64,000 bases of DNA, taken from contig OX597818.1 in assembly GCA_951406725.2 (NCBI GenBank), positions 21,266,001 to 21,330,000 on the forward strand. Direction: 5' to 3'. A program made the translations under genes and the position numbers. The DNA comes from Octopus vulgaris. Its lineage: Eukaryota. A model generated the notes under the pieces. That model was not told the DNA's origin. It saw only the letters and a program-made list of their open reading frames with translations, and made no database searches. Below are positions 39,929 to 54,038 of this stretch, piece after piece (the stretch's first letter is position 1; each line of letters starts with the position of its first letter).

Positions 39929-42900
39929 TAGCTTAAAAGCCACCCTATTGGGCGGCTCTTAAGCTAGCTCCTGTGGCGGGTTCTTCATTAGGCCTTGGGC
40001 CCAACAATGATACTTCATGCATTGAATACATATTAGGTTTTATTAAACTTGACGAATATTTTTCAAGTAATGAACAATGCTGAAGTAAGTGAACAATCCT
40101 GAAAATTCTTCATTTATGTGGTTTTCGTTTTTCAAAAATACTAAATAGTTTGTAGAGAGATATTTGGCTGTTTCAAATCTACTGACGATATAAACTCTTT
40201 CACTGGCCTCCAGCTCATAGAAGTTAAATTTTGTGTAAAGTAGTAACATTTTTTTCGTTTTTGTGCAATTAAATTAAGCATTGTCCTTTATAGCCCAGAA
40301 CCTCTAAGTAGTAACAGAAGTGCTGATAGTATGGCAAAACAATTAATGGTTTCCCTGTTGTGTTTCGCTGCCAAAATGACTTGTTTTCAGACAACTGACA
40401 AAGTCAGAGAGATGATTCAGTTTTAAATGTGAAGTAAACCAAAGTACAAAGAAAAATTAACTAAACCAAAGCTTTCACTCTGTTTCCAAGATTGCCAGAC
40501 TTAATAACAGTGAACATCAATTAGACTGTAATACTGAGCTTTCTTTGGATTTGGCCAAATAATATAATGTTCTTTTCTAACTCATTTCCTCACTAATAAC
40601 ATCTATTCAATGTGAGGTAAAGCCACATGGAGACACTTGCTTTTCACCTCTATGACTGATTGCTCATTGTTTATCACCTTTCAATCCAAGTCTGCCCAAA
40701 CACACTCATGCATAAATGTCATGTGGCTGTGTGGTTACAAAGTTTGCTTTGCAGCAGCATGGTTTTCAGTTAAGTCCCATTGCATGGCAACTTGGATGTC
40801 TTGTGCAGTAGCTCTGGGTTAAGTAAATCCTTCTAAGTAGATTTGGTAGACAGAAGTTGTATGGAAACCCATCCTATGTATATGCATCTGTGTGTGCATA
40901 AACTAGTGAGTTACATTTTCTTGTTAACAGTCATTCTGCATGTTTGTAGACGAGTGAATAAAAAGTTCTCTGAAAACAGATAAAGGTTGCCAATAGGAAG
41001 AGCAATGTACTGTAACATGCTGCTTCAAATAGGTCCTCATCCAACCCAAGGTCACATGGGAAAACAGACATTAAAATGAATTGGTCAAGCACTAAACATG
41101 CTTGACCCAACATTTTGTTGGGTCAAGCAAATGTGCCTTCACTATATTTCCGTAACCTTGCTGCACATTAGAAAAATCAATTTTTTACGATTTTTTAATG
41201 TTATATATATGAAATAGCTATTGATGAGTTGGCACTTCTCTTATAGCCACTATATTTCTCACATTCTGAAGGGTGATGAAGCAAAGTATAGATAAATAAT
41301 CATGCTGTATGTATTAAATACATTTTTTCTCATTTCTGAAACAAATGTGTCTGTGTGTAATGGTAAATACTTTTTGTGTGTTGCCTGATAATTCCTTAGT
41401 GAAAGTGTAAATGTGAACGTCCCCATAAACACTGAAAGACTCATCATAAGGCAGGTACTTATTTCCAGTTTCAGGATGTTAAGTGGGTGTTAAAATATAA
41501 ATCTTCTCTCCTACCTTCTCTTGATAGGTTACTGGCTTGTTAGACTTAATACATGGAAGGTCTGGTTCTTCTCGTAATTAAAGAAATTGCGTATGTGTGC
41601 CACTTAGTATACTTGCCTTTCTTCCTCTCATTACCTCCCATCTCATACAAAACATATCCAAAGATCAAAACTCAATCGCTTATTATACCTAGTTGTGGTT
41701 GTTTATCTTCAGTTCAATCTGATTGAGCAAAGCTCTGACCAAAAGTGTTTCAGTAAAATTCCGTCTGAGCTGAACATCAAGAGACATCACTAAATACTAG
41801 AAAAAAGTATTACGTCTTGTGCTGTAATGTAATCTGTTTCCTTATTGTCATAATAATGTTGCTGATTTTTCTAGTAGTACATAGTACAAACAGTACAAAT
41901 CTATGAATTTTAGGGCTGAACACAGTTAATTTAATTGACCTCAATACTGATTTTATCCACTCCTTGGAAGGATGAAAGTCAGTCATCCTGAACATGTATT
42001 TAACTCTAAATGTAAAGGGTATTATTAATACCACAAAGTAAATGAAAAATCACAGATCACTAAGTGTGCAAAACAGCATTTGCAAGAGATTCAAGCTCAA
42101 GTTGACCTACATGTTGCAAGTTCAATTCTTTATTTAGCCTTTACTAATGTCCTTTCCTTCCTCCATCACTGCAATTCTCAGAGTTCAGTATAAAAATTCA
42201 TCCTTATTGTTTTCACATCCACTTTTCTATGTTTGCATAGGTTGGACAGAATTTGTTGAGGCAGATTTTTCTACAGCTGGATGCCCTTCCTGTCCCCACC
42301 CTCACTTGTATTAAAGTAAGGAAATGGGAAATGAAAGACATTACTTGTATAATGCGGACACTTGTTTACAGCTATTGCATGAAGGCAAGGCAAGAAGATA
42401 GTAACACATTCATACATAGGCTAGTTTCACTCAAAGAGTTTTGGTCAGCCCAAGGCTATAGTAGAAGACACTTGCACAAGGTATCATGCAGTGAAACTGA
42501 ACCAAAAACCATGTAGTTAGGAAGCAAACTTCTTACCACACAGCCATTTCTGCACCCAAATATTTTCAGTTTTCTTCCTTTATTTTTCCTTTCTTCATGC
42601 TCTTCTAAACTGCGATGCTGTAATAACTTAGATTACTGTATAATTTGTGGTGGGTTTTTTTTTCTTTTTTTCTAACACTTCATCTTTCTACAACAGAGTA
42701 CCTACCCATCCTACTACAACTAACAAATCTATAAAGTAGAAATAGAAGTGGTACTTATTGTCAGCCACACTGGCTGAAGTGGAGATTTCTGCTTTGACTA
42801 ACAGCATATCAAAATTACTATAGCAAAAATGTTTATCTTCTAGTTTGAACTCTTGATACTCTCTTTACCATTAACCACCCAATTTGTGAAGCAGAAGTAG

Positions 42901-45223
42901 ACCAACTTGTCTGTTTTTCAGTCTGAGCCAAGTTGGTTAAGGTGTTTCACAGTGACTATGGTAAAGCTTGGTCCCTTAATGTTCTTCTATCAGCTGTAAA
43001 GTAGAAGTCATTTCTGGTGGGAATGTTTGCTTTTTCCAGCTGTTACTAATTGACTGAAGCAGGGACAACACTGGCACTATAGTAAAATTTGAAATACTGC
43101 CCATCGGATCAGTGGTCTAGTACCTTAGGCTTACAACCATTATTCCTTATAACAAGCAGTCTCTCTCTCCAGATAATCACATGTCTAGTTTTTTTATTAT
43201 TTTATTTAACAACCTACATAGCATCATCCTTCATGCATAGGAGTTAGCAAGTCAGGACATGTTCAGAGAAACATCTCTGTAATTCATCTTTCTCTGTCAT
43301 CATGGTGTTTGAATAGTAGTGGTGTTAGATGATAGGCATCAACATTAATCTGCTGAATGTTTATGTGTTATGTTTTTTTTCCTTGCTTTCTTTCTTTTCT
43401 AGTCCCATCTTTTGCAATATTTCTGTTCTACTATCCCACCTAAACTACATCTATTGCTGTATTAATATAACATCTCATAAACTGCAGTAGCTGCAGCTAT
43501 AGTTTTTTTTTTTTTCTTATTTATCATCTTCATATGTAGATGTCAGGAAATGAGTGAAGACACCCCTCACAACAACAAGGAACTAACAAGGGAGACTCTA
43601 AATGGTTACTCATTTTGCTAGAAGAAATAGCAACAAAATCTTCTTCAAATCATAAGCTACTATTTTAAAAGAAAGTCACATTGGATAATGTAGTACTAGC
43701 TACAGTGTGGTTGAATAATAGATGAGCTGAGCACAGCTGGAGTGTTTCTGGTTGTAACCTCGTTGGATCAGAGATTACCAGAGGTTAAACAGTAACAGCT
43801 GAATTGGACTATGTCCATGAAGAAGTTTCTACATGCTCTCTTGATCTATTAGAAATACCAGTCAAATCTCTCTCAAATCATTAAAAAGAGAAGAATATCT
43901 TTGCTCATAAGCCTGCTGGATGAGGGCTTCCCTGGGGCTAAATAACTACTGGTTTATGTTTAAGCAAGGTGGCTGACAAATGGCATACTGAATATAGTTA
44001 TTCATTGTTTGTTGGTCAATGGTTAAAATCTGTTGCAACCTTTCTGTTGTTCTAGGGTAGAACATTTTGATCTATAGTAGTTTGTTTCTTTTATTTATCA
44101 ATGGAGTAGTTAGCAGATTATTTGGAAATGTTACGTATGGTAGACTAAGGTATATCCAGTGGAAGATATATCTATCATTTATTTCATGCCCAGAAAATGA
44201 GACTGAGCACTAACTCCTTATGGGTTGAAGGAGATTTATTTATAAATTAGAGAGTTGGGGTGGATGAACAATGTGTGGTCAGTATCTTTATGGAAGAATG
44301 TCCATCAACACTGAGTTAACTTCTTTTTTTTTCATACTTTTAAAATTTTCTATAAATGGTATCAAGTTCAAATATCTAAAATTTATTTACCCTAACTTAA
44401 TGTTTGAACTTGGTTTTGTAACTTTTGTTTTAAAACCATCACTTGAAAGACTATCAAGAGAATAAAATCTTTTTGTGTGTGTGTGTGTCCTGAATATATA
44501 TACAATTTAACTGACTTAGTTAAGTGGACCTATACATTGGTGTATGGAGTCTGCAGGTCTTATTGTCCCACCTTTGACTGCATTCTTCACATAGCTCATT
44601 GTGTGTATCATAAAAGGTTGGATTTCCTCTTCAAAGCCAAAACAAAATGTTGGCCTTCAACAGTTTCTAACACAGCATTTACACAGAAAAGTACTTCCTC
44701 TACACTAGAGTAACATTCACGCATATAAGACAAATAGTACACATACACAATTCTAGATTGTATCTAGTTGAAATAAAGAATGATCAATACATTAACTGCT
44801 AACTCCCTATCTAGTTCTGTTCATTTTAGCCTCCTAACTACTATAATAGCCTCTGATCTGGTATAAATACACTAAATTTGTACTGCTCTTAATCTTAATT
44901 CACTCACTGCCGCACCTCATATCGTTACTACTTTGTCATTCCTGCTGGTTTCATTATGGCTGCCATCAGGATCCACAATTATACAGAAAAGCCAATAAGA
45001 GAACCTTTACATAGCCATTTATTTTGCTAACCAAATCTTAAAATCAAATTTTGCAATCCTTGAAAAAACAAGGCCATGTTTGATGATGTAATGTTAGATA
45101 ACTAATGCCTTTGATCATAGATTTGCTCAGAGCTAACTTAGTTTAAACAATTACAAGTGTATGTAATAGACTGGGCAGTGGAAAGGATAGAACGTGTCCA
45201 AACTTTTGCACTTCACTCCACAT

Positions 45224-45392
45224 AGGCACAGGAGTGGCTGTGTGGTAAGTTGCTTGTTTACCAACCACATGGTTTCGGGTTCAGTCCCACTGCGTGGCAC
45301 CTTGGGCAAGTGTCTTCTACTATAGCCTCGGGCCGACCAAAGCCTTGTGAGTGGATTTGGTTGGCGAAAACTGAAAAGAAGCCCATCGTATA

Positions 45393-45440
<48 letters not shown>

Positions 45441-45660
45441 TGTGTGTGTTTGTGTGTCTGCGTTTGTCCCCCTAGCATTGCTTGACAACCGATGCTGGTG
45501 TGTTTATGTCCCCGTTACTTAGCGGTTCGGCAAAAGAGACCGATAGAATAAGTACTGGGCTTACAAAAAGAATAAGTCCTGAGGTTGAGTTGCTCGATTA
45601 AAAGGCGGTGCTCCAGCATGGCCGCAGTCAGATGACTGAAACAAGTAAAAAAAAAAAAGA
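45224..45660 (+). mobile_element. tRNA-derived SINE family A, full length, with internal (TA)/(TG) tract
   Basis: A-box-like TGGCTGTGTGG, B-box-like GGTTCAGTCCC, body CACCTTGGGCAAGTG, tail GACTGAAACAAGTAAAA. Other copies at about 348-696, 14293, 22990-23295, 25595-25890, 35208-35590, 39527-39895, 40720 and 48102-48458 (+), and 20780-20955, 34150-34310, 42420-42555 and 57222-57572 (-). Confidence 0.88.
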
Positions 45661-46072
45661 GACAGTCAACCATTGCATTCTCTGTGCACCCAGTGTTGTT
45701 TTCAGCTAAGCATAGGTATGGTATACACGAAGCAATAGATTTCTTGGGTGTCTGACTGATTATTTGCATGCCATAGGTCTGCTTGATCAAAGCTGACCTT
45801 GGATTACATAACACCCACACTTGAATAAGTACTCCAACGACACCCCATAAGCACTTAACCCCAATCTTGTCTTCTAACAACTGCAAGCAACATTGTTTAT
45901 TGAACTACTAACCTGCAACAGTTCAAGCAGAACATCCTTCCCTCACACCATTTTTATTGACTCATCACTCACCATGAACAGTCTTTTTTGCTCTATTTCA
46001 GACTCCTTAAGAAAAAAAAAATTACTTCAGGTGCCCAATCTTTGTTTAAGTGGGGATGTCAAGTGTTTGGTT

Positions 46073-46164
46073 CAGCATTTCTCAGCCAGAGTTCCACAAA
46101 AAGTTCCTAGGGGTTCTGCAAGAAAGTGAGATAAGCTAATGCTAATTTCATGATAGTAATATAT

Positions 46165-46198
<34 letters not shown>

Positions 46199-46586
46199 CA
46201 CATACGTTAAATTCAACTTACGTTGAAAGTCAACAAAGTAAGTTTGCTTTAGAAGCGTTGAGATGTATTGAAATATACAGATAAGGAAATAATTTTATTC
46301 TCAAATGTAGGATAATGCTAATAATATAGCATGAACAGGATAGACTATCCATATTTTGCAGAAAAATGTGTTGGTGGCCAGCCATGAGACTCAAACTCAC
46401 ATCCCTGTGATTACAATTCAAGTGCTTTACCATTAACCTAAACTGCCCAGCAACAAATTCAAGTCCCATGGCTGGCCACCAACAGATTATGGATAGTTTA
46501 TCCTGTTCATGCTATATTATTAGCATTATCCTGCGTTTGAGAATAAAATTATTTCCTTATCTGTATCTCTTATATATATATATATA

Positions 46587-46619
<33 letters not shown>

Positions 46620-46738
46620 GAACTATGATGAAAAGATATGAGAAAGATATGGTATATAATTTTTTTTGTGCAGGGGTTCCTTGAGACATGTAATTTATTT
46701 TAAGGGTTATGTAAGGGTAAAAAAGTTGAAAAACACTG
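46073..46738. mobile_element. hAT (Charlie-like) MITE with nested insertion
   Basis: Termini CAGCATTTCTCAGCC and GTTGAAAAACACTG; 8-bp TSD GTTTGGTT (46065-72) and GTTTAGTT (46739-46). Confidence 0.7.
46275..46566. mobile_element. Fold-back element with a central tRNA-like head (- strand)
   Basis: Arms 46275-46391 and 46462-46566; the minus strand of 46381-46448 reads GGGCAGTTTAGGTTAATGGTAAAGCACTTGAATTGTAATCACAGGGATGTGAGTTTGAGTCTCATGGC (A box, T-arm GTGAG/CTCAT). Confidence 0.7.
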
Positions 46739-48734
46739 GTTTAGTTTGTCAGTAACAGTATACTAAAGCAAGCATGTTCTTATTTCATATACACCTTGTC
46801 AAAAAATATGTACTGCCTTTTGTTAGGGAGTGTTTGTTTCCATAGTCGCATTAATTTTCATTCTACTTGACTTTACACATTTTTGTTTTAAAAAATTATC
46901 CTATAAATATATCCAGTTAGTTTAACTAAATGCAGTGTCCTATAAGCCTGAAATCTTTGTTTTAAAAAAATCACTGCTAGATTAAATATATTTTTTTTAA
47001 TATTATGATTTAACCCTCATGAGCCTTCTCAGACTGTTGAGCTGGATACTGTCGATGTTTAACTTGAACATTTCAAGGAGAAACGTGGATGGAGAGAGGG
47101 GGCTGATGTTCTGGAGAGAAAGGATTGGAAAAGGAATGAATGTTGGGTGTGATAGTGAGAGACTAATAGTGAAGAAAAATTAGTGGACCTAGGTCGTGTG
47201 CATCTTGCTTTTTAGAAAAACTAAGGCCACTGTAATAGCTATAGAATGGGGTTGTATGAAGACATGTCTGTGAACCAGAGATTGCAGTTTGTTAATGAGT
47301 AAGCCTTCAGCCAGTCAATCAGGTGCTCATTTTTTTTTCTTTAATGTGATCTTAGATGATTTGTGTTAGTGTAACAAAGTAGCAGTAGCCTAGATGTTGA
47401 AGAAATATTCCATTGTGGGTCTTACTTGAGCTAATAGGCCAGCAACTGTTAGAGTTGAAATGTTAACTGATGTTATGAAATAATAATATTGCATGTAAAT
47501 TACTTTATCTTGTTAAGCTAATTTTCCTTTATGACAAGTCTACAGAGCTAATGCTTATATTCATTCTTTGTTGCATTATGTTGGTAGTGGCAGCAGCTAT
47601 TTTTTGTTCTTTTCCTGTCATAATTGTTGTTATATCAGTATTTCTGGTGACTGAAGAAGTCCTTCCTTTCATGAAAGATGTGAACAGACATAGACAGAAT
47701 TGTGCAACTGAACTTTGTAGATTTTTCAAATACTTCAGCAAGACATTTTGATTTGCTGTTTGTACTTTCCATGTTATGAGGCTGGTCTCTTTTATAGTCT
47801 GTTTTGAGTTTATATTTGGAACATTGTGGAGGGCATCTTTAGAGTCTTTTACCTGGGTTGAGTTTGCCCTACAGGATCTAATGTGAAAAACTCTTGCAGT
47901 TGAGCAATAAAATAACAGCACTTCTCCAGCTTAACGTGTGTTACTTTAATGTTATGTTAAAAGTATTTTATTTTGTAATGTTTCACAAATAAAGTAACTG
48001 GCTCCTGTGAATCACTATTTGATTTTTGCATTGTTAACCATAATCTCATCTGTATCTTTTAAAATCATAGCACTATCTTACAAAATAATAATCAAGTTAA
48101 TCAGGCGCAGGAGTGACTGTGTGGTAAGTAGCTTGCTAACCAACTACATGGTTCCGGGTTCAGTTCCACTGCTATAGACTCGGGCTGACCAAAGTCTTGC
48201 GAGTAGATTTGGTAGAGGGAAACTGAAAGAAGCCTATCGTATATATGTACATGTGTGTGTGTTTGTCCCCCCTCCCCCAACATCGCTTGACTACCGATAC
48301 TGGTGTGTTTACACCCCCATAACTTAGTGGTTCAGCAAAAGAGACTGATATAATAAGTACTGGGCTTACAAAGAATAAGTCCTGGGGTGGATTTGCTCGA
48401 CTAAAGGCAGTGCTCCAGCATGGCCACAGTCAAATGACTGAAACAAGTAAAAGAGTAAGTTATCATCTGGTAATGTTCAGTACACTTTGACTTAATATTT
48501 CTGATATGCTAGATGTGTGCATACAACCATGCAGTATTGTTGCTTCTTTTTGTACATATCAGAATGATTAATCATCCTCATTTCTTGTGTGGAGGGTGGA
48601 GGGGGGTTAACTGAAATTTAAAATATTTGCAGACTACCTCATATAGATGTAACTTTTAAACTTTAGGTGCCCCTCCCACGATGTGTTGTGTTACTGTACT
48701 CATGTAAATTTTGTTTTTCTTTCTTGCTTTACAG

Positions 48735-48900
48735 TACATGTGGCCGCATTGAAGAACCTGCATGTGAACCGAGTGGCAATTGGTGTCTATCACAGTTTGG
48801 TGCTGCACACAGGTGGTGAGGTATACAGCTGGGGAGATAACAGCAGAGGACAGTTGGGAAGAGCTGCTATAGCAGATGATGAATGGTGGCGAATACCAAA
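48735..48900 (+). CDS. HERC4: HERC4-like coding exon 2
   Basis: Polypyrimidine tract plus ttacag acceptor; VHVAALKNLHVNRVAIGVYHSLVLHTGGEVYSWGDNSRGQLG...RIPK; donor GTAAGT at 48901; 166 nt, phase 1 to 2, in frame with the previous exon. Confidence 0.9.
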
Positions 48901-49446
48901 GTAAGTACTAGGAGGTGGGAAGATACTATCTTCTTCAATATCTTGGTGTTTATCTTTCAATTCTAACCATAATCCAGATCCAAACCTATTAAGATTGGTT
49001 CAGTATTTGCAAAACCTCTAAGGTACTTAGGAGAAAATTTCCATGTTAGGAAGAAAGATGGAAAATTGTTAAAACAAAAAGATTATCCTCAGCTATCTAA
49101 TGAACTGGGAGTCTAGTAACTGGCACCTTTCTTGCCAGCTGCTTATCTCCTAATCCTTTTATATTAATTACATCCATCAAGGGTTTCAGGCTAACATCAA
49201 TCCCAGTAATTATTTCAGTCTGATATTTATTTTATCAATTTCTGTTTGTTGATTGGCTCGTTTATCCTGTGACATAGAGAGATGCAACTGCTACACCATT
49301 TTGTACCAGTAATACACAAATGCAACAGGTTTCAGTACATCAAATTCCACTTTAAAAAACATAGGGTGATTTGGTTATAAATACTATGTGATAGGGGAAT
49401 GTAGGGAAGAATAAGTGATGACTGGTGGGACAGAAGTAGGTGAGGA

Positions 49447-50010
49447 ATCATCATCATTATTTAACATCCGCTTTCCATGCTAGCATGGGTTGGACGATTT
49501 GACTGAGGTCTGGCGAACCAGACTCCAATCTGATCTGGCAGAGTTTCTACAGCTGGATGCCCTTCCTAACGCCGACCACTCCGAGAGTGTAGTGGGTGCT
49601 TTTACGTGCCACCGGCACGAGGGCCAGTTTGGTGGTACTGACAACAGCCACACCCAAATGCTACTTTTTACATGCCACCTGCACAGGAGCCAGTCCAGCG
49701 GCACTGGCGATGACCTCGCTTGAATGTTTCACATACCACCAGCACAAGTGCTAGTAAGGCGACGTGGTAACGATCACGCTCGAATGGTGTGTTTAAACGT
49801 GCCATTGGCACGAAGGCCAGCTTGTTGCTCTAGCAATGATCTCACTCGTATGGTACTCTTTGCACTCCACTAGCAACGGATGCCAGTCACTGAGTTTGAT
49901 TTTGACTTCGATTTCACTTGCCTCAACTGGTCTTCGCAAGCAGAGTTTAGTGTCCAGTGAAGAAGAGGCATGCATAAATGGACTGGTTACACCCCTAGCA
50001 TAGGCCACAA
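49447..50010 (-). mobile_element. RTE 3'-end copy (tail plus several minisatellite units)
   Basis: (CAT)n..TTTCCATGCTAGCATGGGTTGGAC. Similar tails at about 10030, 12510, 15260, 20570, 24893, 27263, 29025, 33318, 33915, 37695, 42205, 52604 and 53523, and in + orientation at 14130, 55440, 56640 and 61075. Confidence 0.85.
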
Positions 50011-50439
50011 GGTTATGGTTAACAATAGTAAATATACAACATACAGAGAAATGATGAGAGTGAGGGGAGAGGCAGATGTAGTACTGGAGGAGAGTGAGAT
50101 ATGTACGGTGATTGAGAAGGAGAGATAATTTTGGTAGCATACAAGGGTGATTAGTGTAAAATGAATGTGCAGAAGGACAATAATAATTGAGGATGAATAT
50201 TGTGTGAAGTGGTTCTGCTAAGTGAGAAAGATAACTAGTATCACAGAGCAAGATGATGAAATATGTAGTTCTGCTCCCATTTTAATAACAGGCGTAAAAT
50301 AATATAGTTATGAAGATATTGGAGAGGTAGATTATAGAGATAATGAGTGGTGGCGAAGGCTTGAGAAGAAAATCGTGCTAGGGGCATAATAATGTGTGTG
50401 TGTATGTACACACATACATTGTTTCCATGATGGGTGGGC

Positions 50440-51590
50440 CTTCTTAAGCACCATATATCTCCGGTCATCCCAGTCCTTTTTCATCGTCATGAGGTTCAAA
50501 GTCCTGAGATCAGCCTTTACTACTTTGTCTCATAACTTCTTGAATCTCCCTCTTAAAAGATGAGCACGTCTTTATACAGACGTTCTCGTCAATATGCATT
50601 ACATGTCCATACCTGTGCAGTCTTCTTTCTTGCAGACTACATCTGATTCCTCTTATGCCCATTTGTAATTCATTGTTTATGCACACTTGTGTTGTACATC
50701 CAGTGAAACATGCTAGTTTCGCTTCTTCCTAATCTTCACAAGTCCTCTGCATTCAGGGCCCATGTTTCACTACCATGTAGCATTGCAGTTAGTAAGAAAG
50801 CGTCATACAAGCTACCTTTTCATTTTGAAAGAGAAAATCCTTTTGCTACTAACAGAAGTAAAATCTTTCTAAGCTTTCTCCAGCCTGTTCATGTAGCAAC
50901 TATACTTTTGGGACCTCCACCTTCATTGCTAATTAGGCCACTTAGGTAACAGAAAGTATCTACTGCAACAAAAAAAATCCATTTGTTAAAGACTCTTTTT
51001 CCATATGCTTATAGTATTTATTGCTCCTGAGCACCTGCCACATACAGAGTCTATTTTCACTTTTAATCTGTCTTTGATACCACTGCATCTTTTATGTACC
51101 CACAGTTTACATGGGCACACTGTTTAGAATTTCAACCTACACTTTTGTACATATTGAGCAAGACCATTCCTCTGATGGAAACAAAGATATGTCTGTTTTT
51201 CTACTTACGTCTTCACTAGATTGATTTTGAGATCCTTTGTTTCCATACAGAGAGTTTCTTCTCTAAATCTCCTACAGAATTCAGCATATATATCAGTTCC
51301 CACAAGCAACTTAAACTTGTCTATTATAACTAGGAAGACTATGATGAATAGGAAACTGAGAGCCAAGCCTTGATGAACTCTTATGTGCACATTAAACTCA
51401 TTGCTGTGCTCATTGCTAACTCTAACCTTGCTGGCAGCATCTCTGTATATGGCTTGTATTGTTCTCACAAACCATTCATCTACCGTCTAGCTTTGTCAGA
51501 GACCACCAGATCACAGAACAAGGCTCCCTGTTGACGGCATTCTTCAGGTCAACAAATGTTAAGTGTGGAAGCTTAGTTTTACTTAAATAC
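50440..51590 (-). mobile_element. Old RTE LINE relic
   Basis: IQAIYRDAASKVRVSNEHS...VHQG fragment; colinear with the RT ORF 3' half. Confidence 0.8.
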
Positions 51591-54038
51591 AAGCAGGTCT
51601 CTGATCATTGGCACTCCAGTCATGAATGTCTTTGTAAGGGCATCTTGGACTGTATTATTTCACTGTAACCTTTCCATTTTTTAAATTAACATCTGATTAA
51701 AAAATTTTAGCTGCTATTTCTAGCAGGTTGTGTGACTATTTAGAGGCTCTATTGTTGACCTGAATAAAACCCAACCTTACAAGCTAACAAACCACTGCAG
51801 CTGTTTACTGTGGCAAATACTTCTAATACCCTATTTAGAGCCAAGTGACCTGAGGATTTTGAGATTTAAGTGTCTATGCCAAGGGTAAAGTATGAGGCTA
51901 GCGACAAAATTTGAACCCATTAATCTCTCAACTGGTTGGTTCATTCATTTGTCTGCTACCCTCCATCATTGGTCATCCATTTAATCATATGCATTAAATT
52001 TAAATGCAATCACTAGCAGATTGAAATGTACTGCATATCAAAATATTTCTTATTCACTGTTACCACCTCTATTCTATATATAGCCATATAACCACTTGCC
52101 TGTAGGTTGTTATCTGTGTTTTGACACACATGCAGTGTGAAGTCTGAAACCACTTCCTGGCTGTTTGCTTCTGTTGAGTCAAATATGTAGAGTTTTACTT
52201 ACCTTCTTCAATGTGGTTTCTCTAAGAAGTAAATAGAATAGTTTGGATGGTGTTGTGCTCAGATCATGCAGAGCAGTGGGCTACTGCTGCTACCATTGCT
52301 ACTTTTACTACTGCAGCTATCACCACTTAATACTACTATTACTGCTACTACTCGTACCAGCTCTAAATATTTCATATTACTACTATTTTTACACTATCAC
52401 TATCATTACAGCAACTGCTACTGGTGTTTCCTCTAACTATTACTACTACTACTACTACTAATAGCGACTAATTACTAACAAAAGCAGGAGTTTGTAGAAT
52501 CAGTACCATGGCAAACAAAATGCTTAGCAACGTTTCCTTTGGCTTTACATTCTGAGTTCAAATTCCACCAAAGTTTGACTTTACCTTTCATCCTTCCAGA
52601 CTTCATCATCATCATTTAACATCCGTTTTCCATGCTAGCATGGGTTGGACAGTTCGACCAGGGTCTGGAAAGCCAGGAGGCTGCGCCAGGCTCCAGTCTG
52701 ATCTGGCAGTGTTTCTATAGCTGGATGCCCTTCCTAATGCCAACCACTCCATGAGTGTAGTGGGTGCTTTTTACGTGCCTCCGGCACAGGGGCCAGAGGG
52801 GGCTGGCAAACAGCCATGATCGGTTGGTGCTTTTTACGTGTCACCAGCACAGATATCACAACTACAATTTCCATTTGATTTTTATTTTGATGTTGGTGTT
52901 GACGTACTTGACTCAATGGGTCTCTTCAAGAACAGTGGGTCACTCTATGATCCAAGGTTAGCACAGCAGGCCGGATAAAATAAATACCAGTTGATGAACA
53001 CTGGGGTCAATGTAATTGACTTACCTAAATCACTAAAAATTGCCGTCTCTGTGCCAAAATGTAAAACCATTATGACTAACACTAATTAGTTATTATCACC
53101 ACAGTAAATTGGGTGTGGGTAATGTGATAAATTTATTTTCATGAAACAAAATCATAGGATTTTATTTTTTCTTTTCTTTTCATTTTACTGCTTTGCAACC
53201 ATTTCTCTTTTCTTGTCTGGCTGTGATGTGATGTTTTTGCCAATTGCAGATGCAATTTGTTTTACAAGTCAGTGTTATTCTTGCAGCTAGCCACTTAATC
53301 ATAACAAACTAGTGATGCCCGTTTTATGACAGTGTTAATATATCCTAATGTATGCCACTTTAAAAATGTAACTAGGAATGTGTGATGAGAAAAATAACTT
53401 GAAATTGTTTTTGTAATTTTTCCTAAAAATATGGGGAGACAACTTTAGTCATGTTTTTTGGTTTTATGACTTCATCAGTAAAACAGCTTTCAGTGTACTT
53501 GCTGAAGTTGTGATGAAAGGATCATAATCATCATTGTCATCTAACGTCTGCTTTCCATGCTGGCATGGGTTGGATGGTTTGACTGAGGATTGGTGAGCCA
53601 GAAGGCTGCACCAGGCACAATCTGATCCAGCAAAGTTTCTACAGCCAGATGCCCTTCCTAATGCCAACCACTCTGAGAGTGTAGTGGGTGTTTTACGTGC
53701 CACTAGTACAAGGGCTGGTCAGGCGGTTCTGGCAACGACCAAGCTCAAAAGGTGTTTTTTACGTGTTACCTGTGGAGGAGCCAGTCTGGCGGCACTGGCA
53801 ATGACCACACACGAATGTTATTTTCCACGGTAATGCTGGCAACGATCACACTCAAATGGGGCTTCTTATGTGCCACCGGCACGGGAGCCAATCCGTGGCC
53901 CTGGCAACGATCACGCTCGGATGTGCTTTTAGCGTTCCACTGGCACAAGTGCCAATCAGGCGGCACTGTCATCAGCCATGTCAGCGATTTTGATTTGATT
54001 TCACTTCCCTCAATAGGTCTTCACAAGCAAAGTTTATC

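Noticed and set aside
47290-47921. 130-aa minus ORF as a Penelope GIY-YIG or other protein
   Set aside because: No recognisable motif; probably decayed transposon sequence.
48683-48734. Start of ORF 48683-48904 as an independent gene start
   Set aside because: It is intronic polypyrimidine tract upstream of the 48735 acceptor.
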